Below, one piece after another: positions 13,921-25,264 of a stretch of 63,492 nt of DNA. Every line of letters begins with the position of its first letter. Within the stretch, counting starts at the first letter, position 1. Position numbers and translations under genes: made by a program. The notes below the pieces were generated by a model. That model saw nothing but the letters and a program-made list of their open reading frames with translations, made no database searches and was not told where the DNA came from. The stretch spans positions 1 through 63,492 of the forward strand of contig CALBHW010000025.1 of NCBI GenBank assembly GCA_937893125.1, written 5' to 3'. The stretch comes from an uncultured Clostridia bacterium. GTDB taxonomy: Bacteria; Bacillota; Clostridia; Christensenellales; UBA1242.

Positions 13921-15474
13921 TTATTTTGCTACATCAGTTGCGCGAGTTTCTCTAATGACATTAACTTTAATTTGACCAGGATATTGAAGTTCATTTTCAA
14001 TTTTTCTTGCAATATCTTTTGCAAGGAAAACGATGCTTTTATCGTCAACTTCTTCAGGCTTAACCATAATTCTGATTTCTCTACCCGCTTGAATAGCATA
14101 AGATTTTTCAACGCCCTTAAAACTATTTGCGATATTTTCAAGATTTTCAAGTCTCTTAATGTATGCGTCAAGGAGTTCTCTTCTAGCACCAGGTCTACTA
14201 CTTGAAATTGCGTCCGCCGTTTGAACGATAATTGCTTCAAGCGACCTAAACTCGACATCGCCGTGGTGCGCTTCAATACAGTGGATGACTTCTGGCGATT
14301 CCTTGTACTTTTTCGCCAAATCAACACCAATTGAAACGTGAGTACCTTCTTGTTCATGGTCAAGAGCCTTACCTATATCGTGCAAAAGCCCCGCGCGTTT
14401 TGCTACACGCACATTTGCGCCAAGTTCGCTAGCGAGAAGCCCCGCCAAATGGCACACTTCAAGGCTGTGTTTAAGCACATTTTGCCCATAACTTGTCCTA
14501 AATTTAAGTCTACCTAGAATCTTAACAAGTTCAGGGTGCATATTCATAATTCCCGACTCATAAACAGCGTTTTCACCCGCTTCTTTAATAACCGCATCGA
14601 CATCTCGTTGCGCTTTTTCGACAATTTCTTCAATGCGTGCTGGATGAATACGCCCATCCATAATAAGTTTTTCAAGCGCTACACGCGCGATTTCCCTTCT
14701 ATATGGGTCAAATCCCGACAAAACAACCGCTTCTGGCGTGTCGTCAATTATAAGGTCAACGCCCGTCGCATTTTCAATTGCACGAATATTTCGGCCTTCT
14801 CGACCAATAATTCTTCCCTTTAATTCGTCATTTGGGAGCGGAACAACAGTCACTGTAATTTCGCTTGTAATATTTGTTGCGCATTTTTGGACAGCCAAAG
14901 TCACAATCTCACGCGCTTTTTTCTCCGCCGTGTCAACTGCTTCTTCTTCCATTTGCCTTATCGTCTGCGCGCAGTCCATTTTTGCTTCGTCTACATAACG
15001 GTCGATAAGTTGTTTTTTTGCTTCCTCTTTTGTTATTCCAGACACTTTTTCAAGCGCTTGGGTTATTTTTTCGCTTTCTTTGTCTACTTCCTTTTTTGCT
15101 TCTTCAAGTTCCGTTTCTCTTTGCTTTAAATTATCAATCATAACGTCCAAGGATTCCGCTTTTTTATCCAAGGTTTCTTCCTTGCGTTGCAAAGATTCTT
15201 CTTTCATTGTAAGCCTGTTTTCTGATTTCGAAATCTCGTTGTAACGCTCGGCTATCTCTGCGTCACATTTTTCTTTGAGCGAATGGATTTCTTCTTTCGC
15301 TTCCAAAATTGCTTCTTTTTTTGCTGTTTTAGCCTCAGCATAGGCATTTTCTAAGATTTTAGTCGCATTGTTTCTTGATTGTGATGCTTTTTTTGATATT
15401 AAAAAATATGTTGCGCCTGTTCCAGCTCCAATACTTAAAACACAAGCGACTAAAAACCAAACTATTGGTATCAT
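13921..15474 (-). CDS. rny: Ribonuclease Y
   Basis: 517 aa with an N-terminal TM, a coiled coil, a KH domain ([13 protein letters not shown]) and an HD domain (LLHDIGKA). Confidence 0.93.
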   Translation of the reverse strand: MIPIVWFLVACVLSIGAGTGATYFLISKKASQSRNNATKILENAYAEAKTAKKEAILEAKEEIHSLKEKCDAEIAERYNEISKSENRLTMKEESLQRKEETLDKKAESLDVMIDNLKQRETELEEAKKEVDKESEKITQALEKVSGITKEEAKKQLIDRYVDEAKMDCAQTIRQMEEEAVDTAEKKAREIVTLAVQKCATNITSEITVTVVPLPNDELKGRIIGREGRNIRAIENATGVDLIIDDTPEAVVLSGFDPYRREIARVALEKLIMDGRIHPARIEEIVEKAQRDVDAVIKEAGENAVYESGIMNMHPELVKILGRLKFRTSYGQNVLKHSLEVCHLAGLLASELGANVRVAKRAGLLHDIGKALDHEQEGTHVSIGVDLAKKYKESPEVIHCIEAHHGDVEFRSLEAIIVQTADAISSSRPGARRELLDAYIKRLENLENIANSFKGVEKSYAIQAGREIRIMVKPEEVDDKSIVFLAKDIARKIENELQYPGQIKVNVIRETRATDVAK

Positions 15475-15768
15475 TTAGTCACTGTTCCTTTTATAAAAAA
15501 TTTATCAAAAATTCAATAACGAAATATCAAATGATTTGACTGATTATAGTTTAGCAATATCTAAAAATTATGTCAAACAAATTTATTATAGCAAAAAAAG
15601 CGAATTGCTAAAATACAAATTAACAACTCGCTTTAAATTTATTTTTTTCTATAAAAAATTATCAATTTTTGTAAATTTTTGTTCAAAAATGGTAAAAAAC
15701 ACTTTAATTTGGCTCAAAAAACCTTTTTTACCCCAAATAAGATTTTTAAAAGGGCTTATATTCCTAAA

Positions 15769-16923
15769 CTAAATTTTTAGAATTTCTTGGTTTTGAATAG
15801 CCTCTTTAATCAAAGTTTCCCTATCAAGCAATGTCTCGTTTTTCTCTACCCTATCAAGTTTTGGATGCGTAACTGGCTTTTTAGGTAAAAACACACTACA
15901 ACAATCTTCATAAGGTAAAATCGATGTTTCATAAGTACCTATTTTCTCCGCAATTTGCGAAATTTCAACTTTATCAAAACTAATTAGTGGTCTAAAAACT
16001 GGCAAATCTTTCGCCATTTTGTTAGTGGATGTTATACCTTCAACTGTTTGACTGGCAACTTGTGCCAAATTTTCGCCAGTAATTATTGCCGAACAATCAT
16101 TCTCTTTTGCGACGCGTTCCGCTATATCCATCATAAATCGACGAACAAGCGTAACCATATATTCATCGTCACAATTCTTGTGGATTTCTTCTTGAATATG
16201 TGTAAATGGGATAATGTGTAAAGTGATGTTTCCTGTATATTTTTTCACAATTTTTGCTAAGTCAATGACCTTTTGCCTTGCTTGCTCGCTCGTATATGGA
16301 TAACTATGAAAATGTATTGCATCGATTTTAAGCCCGCGTTTTGCCATAAGAAAACCCGCAACAGGGCTATCAATTCCACCGCTTAAAAGTAACATTGCCT
16401 TCCCCGATGTCCCAACTGGCATACCGCCAAGGCAAGGGATTTTTTCGTAATACACATAACTTTTGCCGTTTTGTCTAATTTCAACATATACTTCTTGTTT
16501 CGGCGTATGAACATCAACCTTTGTGTCAGGGTTGTTTTCTAGAATAATCCCACCAAGCAATGCTTCCAATTTGTTTGATGGCATCTCAAATCTTTTATCT
16601 GCCCTTTTAACTTCAACCTTAAAGGTTTTCTCTACAAGTTTGATAGTTTTACAAATCTCAACGATATTGTCGAGTGTTGTGTCAATTTCGTACGCAACAG
16701 AAAGTGATACAACACCAAAAACGCACTTAATTGCGTCGATAATGTCGTCTAAATCATCATCTTCAAAATTTTCAACAATAAAACGCCCCGCCGTCCTTGT
16801 CAACTCGCAATCAAATTCTTTTAGTCTCCACTTAATATTTTTATAAAGGGTGTTTTCAAAAAAGAGATAGTTTTTCCCTTTTAAAAATATTTCCCCAAAC
16901 CTTATTAAAATCGATTTTTTCAT
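15769..16923 (-). CDS. thiI: tRNA 4-thiouridine synthase ThiI
   Basis: 384 aa with a THUMP-like N-terminus and a PP-loop (LLLSGGIDSPVA). Confidence 0.9.
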   Translation of the reverse strand: MKKSILIRFGEIFLKGKNYLFFENTLYKNIKWRLKEFDCELTRTAGRFIVENFEDDDLDDIIDAIKCVFGVVSLSVAYEIDTTLDNIVEICKTIKLVEKTFKVEVKRADKRFEMPSNKLEALLGGIILENNPDTKVDVHTPKQEVYVEIRQNGKSYVYYEKIPCLGGMPVGTSGKAMLLLSGGIDSPVAGFLMAKRGLKIDAIHFHSYPYTSEQARQKVIDLAKIVKKYTGNITLHIIPFTHIQEEIHKNCDDEYMVTLVRRFMMDIAERVAKENDCSAIITGENLAQVASQTVEGITSTNKMAKDLPVFRPLISFDKVEISQIAEKIGTYETSILPYEDCCSVFLPKKPVTHPKLDRVEKNETLLDRETLIKEAIQNQEILKI

Positions 16924-16936
16924 ACATTTATCCTTT

Positions 16937-18055
16937 CTATTTTATAAATTTTTTTAATGCGGTTATTAAAGCATCAATTTCTTCCGTCGTATTATTTGGG
17001 CTAAAACTCACGCGTATTGCGCCTATAATTTGCGATTTGTCATAACCTAAATTTTCTAAAACTCTATTTCCGACTTTACTTGACGAACACGCTGAGCCCG
17101 TCCCAACGCAAATTCCTTTTGAATCAAGTTGACGCATTATTGTTTCCCCACGATAGCCCTTAAAAAATAGGCTCACGACATAAGGCGAATTACTTTTAGC
17201 GCTAACAATAGTCGCTTGTGGGAGTTCTTTATATAACTCTTTTAAAAGATGTTCTTTAAGACTGACAACCTTTTCATAATTTTCCTTTTGATGAGTGAAC
17301 ATCTCTTTAACCGCTTCATAAAAAGATAAAATTCCGCCAGCATTCACAGTGCCCGACCTTAGTCCAAACTCTTGTCCGCCACCAAAATTGATGTTTTTAA
17401 TTTTCGTGTCTTTTGAAATATAGAGTGCCCCGACGCCTTTAATTCCACCTATTTTGTGCGCAGACATTGATAGAAGATTTATTTTACACTTTCTAACATT
17501 TATGTCAATTTTCCCAAATCCTTGCACGGCGTCAACATGTAAAAGTGCTTCCCTGCAGTGGCTATTCATAATTTCACAAACGCGTTTTAAATCGTTTATT
17601 GCACCTGTTTCATTATTGACAAACATCACAGAGACAAGCGCAACATCTGAACTTAACATTGTCTCAAATTTGTCATAATCAATTTGACCATCTGCTCTTA
17701 AAGGAATAAAGCCGACATCATAGTCCTTTGATTTTAGTTCCATCGCCGTATTATAGACTGCTGGATGCTCTCCCACTGAAAATAAATATTTTTTGTGCTT
17801 GTCCTTTGCCGAGCCAATAATAGCAAGGTTATTTGACTCGGTTGCTCCAGATGTAAATACAACTTGGTCACCTACATCGTCGCCGTGGAGATAATTTATA
17901 ATTCCGCGCCTTGCCGAATTTATCTCTTGAGATAATTTAAACGCGCATGAGTAAGGAGCCGAAGGATTAAAATATTCTTCGGCATTTATCTGGTCAAACT
18001 TATCCATTGCTTTCTTTATAGGCTTAGTAGTTGCGGCGTTATCAAAATAAATCAT
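16937..18055 (-). CDS. Cysteine desulfurase (NifS/IscS family; thiI partner)
   Basis: 372 aa. PLP-lysine motif SMSAHKIGG. C-terminal active-site region GTGSACSS. Lies directly upstream of thiI. Confidence 0.88.
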   Translation of the reverse strand: MIYFDNAATTKPIKKAMDKFDQINAEEYFNPSAPYSCAFKLSQEINSARRGIINYLHGDDVGDQVVFTSGATESNNLAIIGSAKDKHKKYLFSVGEHPAVYNTAMELKSKDYDVGFIPLRADGQIDYDKFETMLSSDVALVSVMFVNNETGAINDLKRVCEIMNSHCREALLHVDAVQGFGKIDINVRKCKINLLSMSAHKIGGIKGVGALYISKDTKIKNINFGGGQEFGLRSGTVNAGGILSFYEAVKEMFTHQKENYEKVVSLKEHLLKELYKELPQATIVSAKSNSPYVVSLFFKGYRGETIMRQLDSKGICVGTGSACSSSKVGNRVLENLGYDKSQIIGAIRVSFSPNNTTEEIDALITALKKFIK

Positions 18056-18249
18056 TTATTCTCCTTTTCTTTAAAGGTCTATAATAGCTCTTTCACTCAC
18101 TATCTTTTTACAACTAGGAAATTTGTCCCTGTAATTATGACAACTCTTGTCATATTTTATTTAATCTTAAACTCAAGTTCACTAAAATACGGAATGTGTA
18201 ACTTTATTCATAAGCTCTTCAACTCAGATTAAACAAACATCAGTGCTAT

Positions 18250-20622
18250 CTACAATTTCAACTTAATATTATTTTGCGCAAATTTTTCAATTACGGCAGA
18301 GTGGAATATGTCAATATCCTCAGTTTTTAGCGTTCTATCCAAACTATTTACTTCATAGTGAAGTGTATAGCTCTTTGTACCGTCTATGTTTTCATAAATA
18401 TCAAGAAGTGAAACGGAATAATTAAGCGTAGAATCAATTTTGTTTGCGATTTCAATAATATCCTTATATAACTTATCCCTTGGAATAATAAAGTTAAAAT
18501 CGAGTTTCGTTGTAGGATACTTGCTTATTTTTTCAAACTTCGTTTCGATTGGTGCAACCTTTACAAGTTGTGAAAAGTTAATTTCAAAGCCAACAACGCT
18601 ACAATTTTCTTCAATCTTTTCAGTAACATTTGGATGCACAGCAAACATATCTCCAACAAGCGCGTCACCAGCCGAAATTGTGTAGTAATTTTTTGGATGA
18701 TAATAATCGACGGATGGATTTGAAAGATTAAGTGTTAGTTTTATTTTAAAAACATAATCAAACAAGAAATCAATCATATCACGCATCTTGTAAAGCATTT
18801 CTTCGACCGACTTGTCCGCGCTATACAAAACAACTCCAAGGCTCTTTGTCTCGTCCGCCAAATTGTCCTTAGTCATATTTTTAACAACACGCCCAACTTC
18901 AAATGTGCCGAAATTGTCAAAATTAGCTTTATTATCCACGACTACTTTAAGCAAACTAGGAATCATTGTACTACGAATTTTATCGTTTTCTTTGTTTATA
19001 GAATTAACACATCTTATAACACTTGTTGGAGCAATATCAAGTTCTTTATTAGTCGCCATATCGTACCAAACATAGGAATGAGTCTCATTAAGATTAAACT
19101 TTTGCGCTAAGGCATATTTTGTGTCATATTCAAGCTTTATTGCAGGGTCTAAAAGTGCAGGTTTAAGCGGTTGCTTAAGTGATTTTGGAGTAATATTGTC
19201 ATAACCATAAATCCTTGTCACTTCTTCCACTAAATCCGCTTTTCCGTTAATATCTTTCGTAGCCCTAAATGTTGGAACGAGAAATTTATATGTGCCATTT
19301 TTATTTGACAACAATTTAAATTCAAGGCTTGTCAAAATAGACAAAATAGTCTCTTCTGGAATGTCAATCCCAACAAATCTATCAACATAGTCTTTTGTCA
19401 ATTCAACTTCAAGCTTATCATACTTTTTAAGATAACTATCAACTATACTTGATGAAATCTCAGCACCAGAATCCTGTTCTTTTATAAGATAAACCATTCT
19501 TAATAACGCAGTCATCGTAAGCTCGGGGTCAAGAGATTTTTCATATCTAGCACTTGCTTCCGTTCTCATTCCGAGGCTTGTCGCGGTCGTTCTAACCTTA
19601 TACGCGTCAAAATTAGCAGATTCAATAAGAACACTTGTTGTTTCATCCGTTATTTCGCTATTTTCGCCCCCCATAATACCTGCAAGTGCAACTGGCGTTT
19701 CATTTGTTGCGATAACCATATTCCCCGCCTTTAAAGCCCTATTTTCGCCATCAAGAGTCTTAAAAGCAAGGTCTTTATCAAGATTATATACTTCAATTTT
19801 CTTCACTATGTCGCCATCAAAAGCGTGCATAGGTTGTCCAAGTTCAAGCATAACATAATTTGTCATATCTGCAAGGAGATTTATCCCGCGCATTCCACAA
19901 TAAAATAGCCTTATTTGCATATTAAGCGACGACTTTTTACGCGTAACATTTTTCATACTCGCCGTTGTATATCTATAACAATCCTTGCTTGTTACAACAA
20001 GTTCTGTTTTTGGCTTTCCTTCAAAATCCTTTTTATCCGCCACCAAAAGAGGTTTAAGTTCTCGCCCACAAAGTGCTGAAATTTCTCTTGCTATGCCATA
20101 ATGTCCCCATAAATCTGGGCGGTTTGTAAGAGATTTATTGTCAACCTCAAAAATAGTGTCTTCTATGTCTAACACGTCTTTTATATCCGCACCAACTTTT
20201 GCGTCGCTATCAAGTTCAACGATCCCGCTATGGTCATCTGAAATACCAATTTCATCACCACCGCAACACATCCCAAAGCTCTCAATTCCAGCAAGAGTTG
20301 CCTTTGAAATAGTAATATTTCCGAGTTTTGCTCCAATTTTTGCAAGTGCGGTTTTTAGACCGACACGGACATTGGGAGCCCCGCACACAATTTGAAGAGG
20401 CTCTTTTTCTCCAGCATCCACTTTAAGAAGATGCAACTTTTTGCTGTTTGGCACATTTTCTACACTCAAAATCTCGCCGACAACAACTCCCGAGATATCT
20501 TTCCCTTTATATTCTACACCCTCGACTTCCGCGACGGACATCGTAAATTTATTTATAAGTTTTTCAATGTCCACTCCATTTAAGTCAACAAAGTCTTTTA
20601 TCCAATTTATTGATACTTTCAT
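18250..20622 (-). CDS. pheT: Phenylalanyl-tRNA synthetase beta subunit
   Basis: 790 aa with an N-terminal tRNA-binding domain and B3/4 and B5 regions. Follows pheS. Confidence 0.95.
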   Translation of the reverse strand: MKVSINWIKDFVDLNGVDIEKLINKFTMSVAEVEGVEYKGKDISGVVVGEILSVENVPNSKKLHLLKVDAGEKEPLQIVCGAPNVRVGLKTALAKIGAKLGNITISKATLAGIESFGMCCGGDEIGISDDHSGIVELDSDAKVGADIKDVLDIEDTIFEVDNKSLTNRPDLWGHYGIAREISALCGRELKPLLVADKKDFEGKPKTELVVTSKDCYRYTTASMKNVTRKKSSLNMQIRLFYCGMRGINLLADMTNYVMLELGQPMHAFDGDIVKKIEVYNLDKDLAFKTLDGENRALKAGNMVIATNETPVALAGIMGGENSEITDETTSVLIESANFDAYKVRTTATSLGMRTEASARYEKSLDPELTMTALLRMVYLIKEQDSGAEISSSIVDSYLKKYDKLEVELTKDYVDRFVGIDIPEETILSILTSLEFKLLSNKNGTYKFLVPTFRATKDINGKADLVEEVTRIYGYDNITPKSLKQPLKPALLDPAIKLEYDTKYALAQKFNLNETHSYVWYDMATNKELDIAPTSVIRCVNSINKENDKIRSTMIPSLLKVVVDNKANFDNFGTFEVGRVVKNMTKDNLADETKSLGVVLYSADKSVEEMLYKMRDMIDFLFDYVFKIKLTLNLSNPSVDYYHPKNYYTISAGDALVGDMFAVHPNVTEKIEENCSVVGFEINFSQLVKVAPIETKFEKISKYPTTKLDFNFIIPRDKLYKDIIEIANKIDSTLNYSVSLLDIYENIDGTKSYTLHYEVNSLDRTLKTEDIDIFHSAVIEKFAQNNIKLKL

Positions 20623-20631
20623 ATTTTTCTC

Positions 20632-21657
20632 CTATTTTATCCCCGCTTGAGATAATGCTTTAATATTTCCACTATTGAGCAAGCGGATTTCAGTTATATC
20701 ATAAGTCATCATAGCAAGTCTTGAAAAACCAAGCCCAAACGCAAAGCCTTGACATTTGTCAGGGTCAATCCCGCCCATTCTTAGAACATTAGGGTGAATC
20801 ATCCCGCAAGGACAAAGTTCAATCCAACCACCATGTTTACAAACTCTGCAACCTTTTCCATCACAATATGGGCAAGAAATATCGAGTTCAAAGCCAGGCT
20901 CAACAAATGGAAAAAATCCAGGGCGCAACCTAACATTGATTTCTTTTTTGAAAACGTGCGTCAGCATTTCTTTCATAAAGTAAATCAAATTTGCGACTGA
21001 AACATCTTTATCAATCATCATCCCTTCTATTTGGAAGAAAGTGTTTTCGTGGCTAGCGTCAAGTTCTTCGTTTCTAAAACATCTTCCAGGGAAAATCGCT
21101 TTAAGTGGCGCGCCATATTTACGCATAATTCTATTTTGTGCTGCCGAAGTATGTGTTTTTAAAACTTGTCCATTGTCAAGATAGAATGTATCTTGCATAT
21201 CTCTCGCTGGGTGGTTTTTAGGAACATTGACCGCTTCAAAGTTGTTATACTCCGTCTCAATTTCATTGCCGTCTTCAACAGTAAATCCCATACTTAGAAA
21301 AATATCAATAACTTCATTTTGAATGATTGAAATTGGATGCAAACTTCCATGTGGACAACTACTAGGAACGGTCAAATCTAGGTCTTTTGTTTTGTTTATC
21401 TTATTCAAAATTTTTTGTTTTGCAAATTCCTTTTCTCTTTCTTCCATAAGCGATTGAAGGTCTTGTTTTATCTTATTTACAGTTTGCCCAAAAGTCCTTT
21501 TTTCTTCGTTTGGCAAGTCTTTGACCTTTTTCATAAGTTCTGTAACCTTACCCGTTTTGCCGAGATAATTTACATAAAAAGTAGACAAATCTTGAAAAAT
21601 CTTTGTCTCTTCAAGGTCTTTTTTGGCTTTTAAAAAAATCTCTTCTAACTCTTTCAT
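20632..21657 (-). CDS. pheS: Phenylalanyl-tRNA synthetase alpha subunit
   Basis: 341 aa with class II motifs (FRNEELDASH, FPFVEPG, GFAFGLGFSRL). Confidence 0.95.
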   Translation of the reverse strand: MKELEEIFLKAKKDLEETKIFQDLSTFYVNYLGKTGKVTELMKKVKDLPNEEKRTFGQTVNKIKQDLQSLMEEREKEFAKQKILNKINKTKDLDLTVPSSCPHGSLHPISIIQNEVIDIFLSMGFTVEDGNEIETEYNNFEAVNVPKNHPARDMQDTFYLDNGQVLKTHTSAAQNRIMRKYGAPLKAIFPGRCFRNEELDASHENTFFQIEGMMIDKDVSVANLIYFMKEMLTHVFKKEINVRLRPGFFPFVEPGFELDISCPYCDGKGCRVCKHGGWIELCPCGMIHPNVLRMGGIDPDKCQGFAFGLGFSRLAMMTYDITEIRLLNSGNIKALSQAGIK

Positions 21658-21764
21658 ATCTTTTTCCTTTCTTTATTTTAACCTTTTGTTTGAGCGACAT
21701 TTATACTCTTTAACCTTTTTTTTCACGAGTAATACAATAGTAGATTCGTGAGTTGTCCTTTAAA

Positions 21765-22063
21765 ACAAAAAAACTCCGCCACCTTTTAATAGGGCGAAGC
21801 ATTCTTCACGGTACCACCTATTTTCGATTTAGGCACAAAAATAGCTCATTTTTGGGCCAAAATCCTTACTTATGCTATCACGGGCATTCCCGTCTCTAAC
21901 TACTGTTATTTCCCCAGAGAAGCTAAAAAGTGAATTCATTTTTGCACTTTGATAAATCTTTTTCAGCACGCCTAAAAAGGCGAAGATTCTCTCTAAATCA
22001 AAGTTTGAGTTCTACTCGCAAAAACTACTAGTCTTTCATTATCGCTTTTACAAAAGTTTCAAA
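21765..22063 (-). promoter_or_regulatory. T-box leader (Phe specifier UUC) controlling pheST
   Basis: On the minus strand: AGAGAGA in stem I; specifier loop GAA-UUC-A (21931-21937); T-box sequence AAATAGGTGGTACCGTGAAG (21807-21822 region); terminator CTTCGCC...GGCGGAG plus a U-run (21765-21800). Confidence 0.8.
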
Positions 22064-22070
22064 CAATGAC

Positions 22071-22098
22071 ATTTTATCAAATATATTTATTTTGTCAA
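22071..22098 (-). promoter_or_regulatory. Likely sigma-A promoter of the pheST T-box leader
   Basis: The minus strand reads TTGACA, a 16-nt spacer, then TAAAAT. Confidence 0.5.
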
Positions 22099-22326
22099 CT
22101 TTATTTTATGTTTTTGTAAACCTTTTTTAATATAATTTCTTTTGGCATTTAATAATAAATCAAAAATACAAATACTTGCGGGACTTTATTTAAAAACCTT
22201 TTTAATAATACTACCAGCACGAGAGGTTTGTACAAAATCAATAAGGCGGTTAAAATTAAGGCCAATTTAAACTAAAAAAGCGTTATTTTCCACACAGGAT
22301 TGAAGTCAATAAAACATTATTTTGTA

Positions 22327-22965
22327 CTATTTCAAGTCATCTAGCGATGTTATATTTAGATATGTGCTAGGTACTTTTCCAACAATTACAAACTCGCTAA
22401 CAATATAACTGTTTTCGCTCTTTATGACCTTCATTCCAAAAGGCAAAATAAGCGAAGCCTCGCTTTCAATCGTCACATATATTTTATGTACGGTTTGATT
22501 TATCCCGCAAGACGAAAAAGATGTATAAAAACTACATTTTGCATTGCCAATAGGGTTAACTTTAAAAGTTGCGTCGGTCCCCACGCCAGATAAAAACGCT
22601 ATTCCAGACAATGTTCCGATCGGAATGTTCACGCCCATTGTTGCAACTTCGTCAAGTTTTTGTTGTGTGTGTATTGCAAGTGTGTTTCCAATTTTGTTAA
22701 TTTCGTTGGTATTTGCTTTTATAGATAAGACGTCTCCCGACGCAGAATAAGATACATTTATTAAGTCGTTGTAATTCACAGCAGTTATTTCATTTACAGC
22801 ACTGTTTGATGACACGGCAAGCATTTTATTTACTTGCGCTTCACCATAAGACATCACAATTGGATTAACTACGCGCGAGAGAAAAACCAGCACACTCACA
22901 ACGACAAAAAAAACAGCGAAAATCAAGACAAATAAAACTTTTTTTGTCCTTTTTCGTTTCGCCAT
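22327..22965 (-). CDS. yunB: Sporulation protein YunB
   Basis: MAKRKRTKK followed by a TM, then ...GINQTVHKIYV...VGKVPSTYLNI, which is YunB-like. The start is placed at the internal ATG (22965) because the upstream 25 codons of the ORF-track call (TTG at 23040) have no homologous counterpart. Confidence 0.7.
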   Translation of the reverse strand: MAKRKRTKKVLFVLIFAVFFVVVSVLVFLSRVVNPIVMSYGEAQVNKMLAVSSNSAVNEITAVNYNDLINVSYSASGDVLSIKANTNEINKIGNTLAIHTQQKLDEVATMGVNIPIGTLSGIAFLSGVGTDATFKVNPIGNAKCSFYTSFSSCGINQTVHKIYVTIESEASLILPFGMKVIKSENSYIVSEFVIVGKVPSTYLNITSLDDLK

Positions 22966-23248
22966 TTTGATTTTGTTTGTCACATATTCTGATTCATACT
23001 CCTGACAACTCACACTTATTTTTATGCCAAAATATGACAATGTATGACATATTTTACTTGCTTTTATCCTCTTGTTTACTAAAAAAATCTAAGATTCTAT
23101 AATGTTTAAAGTATAAAAAAATTATTACAACCTTTTAGAAATTACATAAAAAGGCTAACATTTTGAAATAAACATAATAAAAAAGGAGACTATGCAACTT
23201 AAATGCAAAGCTCCCTTTGTGTATCAGTTTTAAAAAATAAGCTAAAAA

Positions 23249-23620
23249 TTACGATTTTTTACTGTGTGACCTAAATATAAGAGCAAAAATATATCCAAAC
23301 CCAACTGCGGCTGCAATTCCCGCTGCGGTGGCGGTTAATCCACCATTAAATATGCCCAAAATTCCGTATTTTTTAACACCCTCCATTGCTCCGCGAGCCA
23401 AAGACGCCCCGAAGCCAATAATTGGGACCGTTATTCCTGATTTAGCGAATTCTTTTATAGGGTCAAAAAGCATAACCGCTTGAAGAAGCACACCAATTAG
23501 TTCGAATAAAACAAGTATTCTCGCCGATGTCATTCTAGTTCTAATAATCAAAATTTGTGCAATAAGGCAAACAAATCCGCCTACGCCAAAAACAATTAAA
23601 TATTGTAAAAATATATCCAT
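23249..23620 (-). CDS. spoVAE: Stage V sporulation protein AE (SpoVAEB-type)
   Basis: 123-aa polytopic membrane protein, last gene of the spoVAC-AD-AE arrangement. Confidence 0.8.
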   Translation of the reverse strand: MDIFLQYLIVFGVGGFVCLIAQILIIRTRMTSARILVLFELIGVLLQAVMLFDPIKEFAKSGITVPIIGFGASLARGAMEGVKKYGILGIFNGGLTATAAGIAAAVGFGYIFALIFRSHSKKS

Positions 23621-23622
23621 TT

Positions 23623-24633
23623 TTATTTCCCCTTTTCAATCACAAGTGCGTGCGCAATTCCAGGGATTGTCTCCCCTTGCTGTGTCGATGTCGTACTGAC
23701 AAGAGCCCCAGTTGACATAATAATTATTTTTTTGTAGTCACCAGAATCAAGCTTGCTTAGAACATAAGAATTTATCACACTCGCACTGCACCCGCAACCA
23801 CTTCCGCCCATAAATGTCCGCTGACTGCTACTATATATCATTTGCCCACAATCGCAATAATTTTCGCCCATTTTATAGCCATAGTTTTCAAGTAAGTCAA
23901 CCAAAAGTTCGCTCCCCAATTTTCCCAAGTCCCCCGTTACTATAAGGTCGTAATCGCTGGGAGTTGTGTTCGTGTCCTTAAACAAATTTTTTAAAGTGTC
24001 CGCGGCTGCAGGTGCCATTGCTGCCCCCATATTGTTCATATCGTTTATGCCATAGTCTATAACACGGCCGAATGTCGCGTGAGTTATATTGTGCCCCTCG
24101 CCGTCACGAGACAAAATTGTACACCCAGCCCCTGTCACTGTCCATTGAGATGTTGGTGGGCGCTGACAACCTAGTTCCAAAGGATAACGAAATTGTCTTT
24201 CCGCCGTAGAAAAGTGGCTACTCGTTGCACACGCCACCTTATCTGCACACCCTCCATCAATAATGCAAGCCCCGACAGCCAGCGCTTCAGTCATCGTCGA
24301 ACACGCCCCAAACAAACCAATAAATGAAGTTTGTAGTTGTCTAGCCGAAAATGACGCCGAAATAATTTGATTTAAAAGGTCACCGCTCAAAAGAATATCA
24401 ATGTCAGTTGACAAAAGGTTCGCTTTATCAATTGCGCCACTGATTGCCTGTTCAAGCATCTTTCGCTCCGCCTTTTCATATGTTTTTTCGTTAAAAGCGT
24501 CATTTTTTAAAATGTAGTCAAAATAACTTGACAGCGGACTCAATCCTTCTTTCGGTCCCACAATCGCATATCCGCTCGCTATTTTTGGCGGAAGAGTAAA
24601 TTTTATTGTATTTTCACCAACTTTTTTTATCAT
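23623..24633 (-). CDS. spoVAD: Stage V sporulation protein AD
   Basis: 336 aa, thiolase/KAS-like fold protein, lying between spoVAC and spoVAE. Confidence 0.9.
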   Translation of the reverse strand: MIKKVGENTIKFTLPPKIASGYAIVGPKEGLSPLSSYFDYILKNDAFNEKTYEKAERKMLEQAISGAIDKANLLSTDIDILLSGDLLNQIISASFSARQLQTSFIGLFGACSTMTEALAVGACIIDGGCADKVACATSSHFSTAERQFRYPLELGCQRPPTSQWTVTGAGCTILSRDGEGHNITHATFGRVIDYGINDMNNMGAAMAPAAADTLKNLFKDTNTTPSDYDLIVTGDLGKLGSELLVDLLENYGYKMGENYCDCGQMIYSSSQRTFMGGSGCGCSASVINSYVLSKLDSGDYKKIIIMSTGALVSTTSTQQGETIPGIAHALVIEKGK

Positions 24634-25085
24634 AACAACCCCACTATATAATAGATTAGCCCAACAAGCATACTCGACACTATACCTGTTACAATAACAG
24701 GTCCCGCAATTGTAAACATTTTGACACAGAGACCAAAAATAAGCCCTTCGTTCTTAAATTCAATTGCAGGACTCGCAATTGAGTTGGAAAATCCCGTTAT
24801 AGGAACAATCGATCCTGCACCCGCAAATACACCAATTCTGTCATAAATTCCAAGTCCCGTCAAAAAGGACGCCAAAAATATAAGAATGACCAATGTGTAC
24901 GCTTGAACATCATCCTTAGATAAGCTTGGGAAAATTGCTGTTAAGCCATCAAAAATACCTTGTCCAATACAACAAATTATCCCGCCCACAAGAAAAGCCC
25001 AAAGTAGCGACGGAAAAAACTTTGTTTTAGGCAACCTATTTTCTACAAAATTACAATATTGCATATTTGTTTTGTTTTTATCCAT
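24630..25085 (-). CDS. spoVAC: Stage V sporulation protein AC
   Basis: 151-aa four-TM protein. It overlaps spoVAD by 4 nt. Confidence 0.88.
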   Translation of the reverse strand: MDKNKTNMQYCNFVENRLPKTKFFPSLLWAFLVGGIICCIGQGIFDGLTAIFPSLSKDDVQAYTLVILIFLASFLTGLGIYDRIGVFAGAGSIVPITGFSNSIASPAIEFKNEGLIFGLCVKMFTIAGPVIVTGIVSSMLVGLIYYIVGLL

Positions 25086-25264
25086 TTTTCACTTCCTTTG
25101 AAGAAATATTTGACTAAAGAAAGTTTTTTAAACAAAAAATTCTTAAAATTACCTTCTCTATCCCTAAATTTTCAAAAAATCGGCTCAAAATCCAAAATTT
25201 TATAAATAATTCTAAATTTTTTAAACAAACTAGGTGTAGCAAAAAATATTTTAGGGAGATAAAT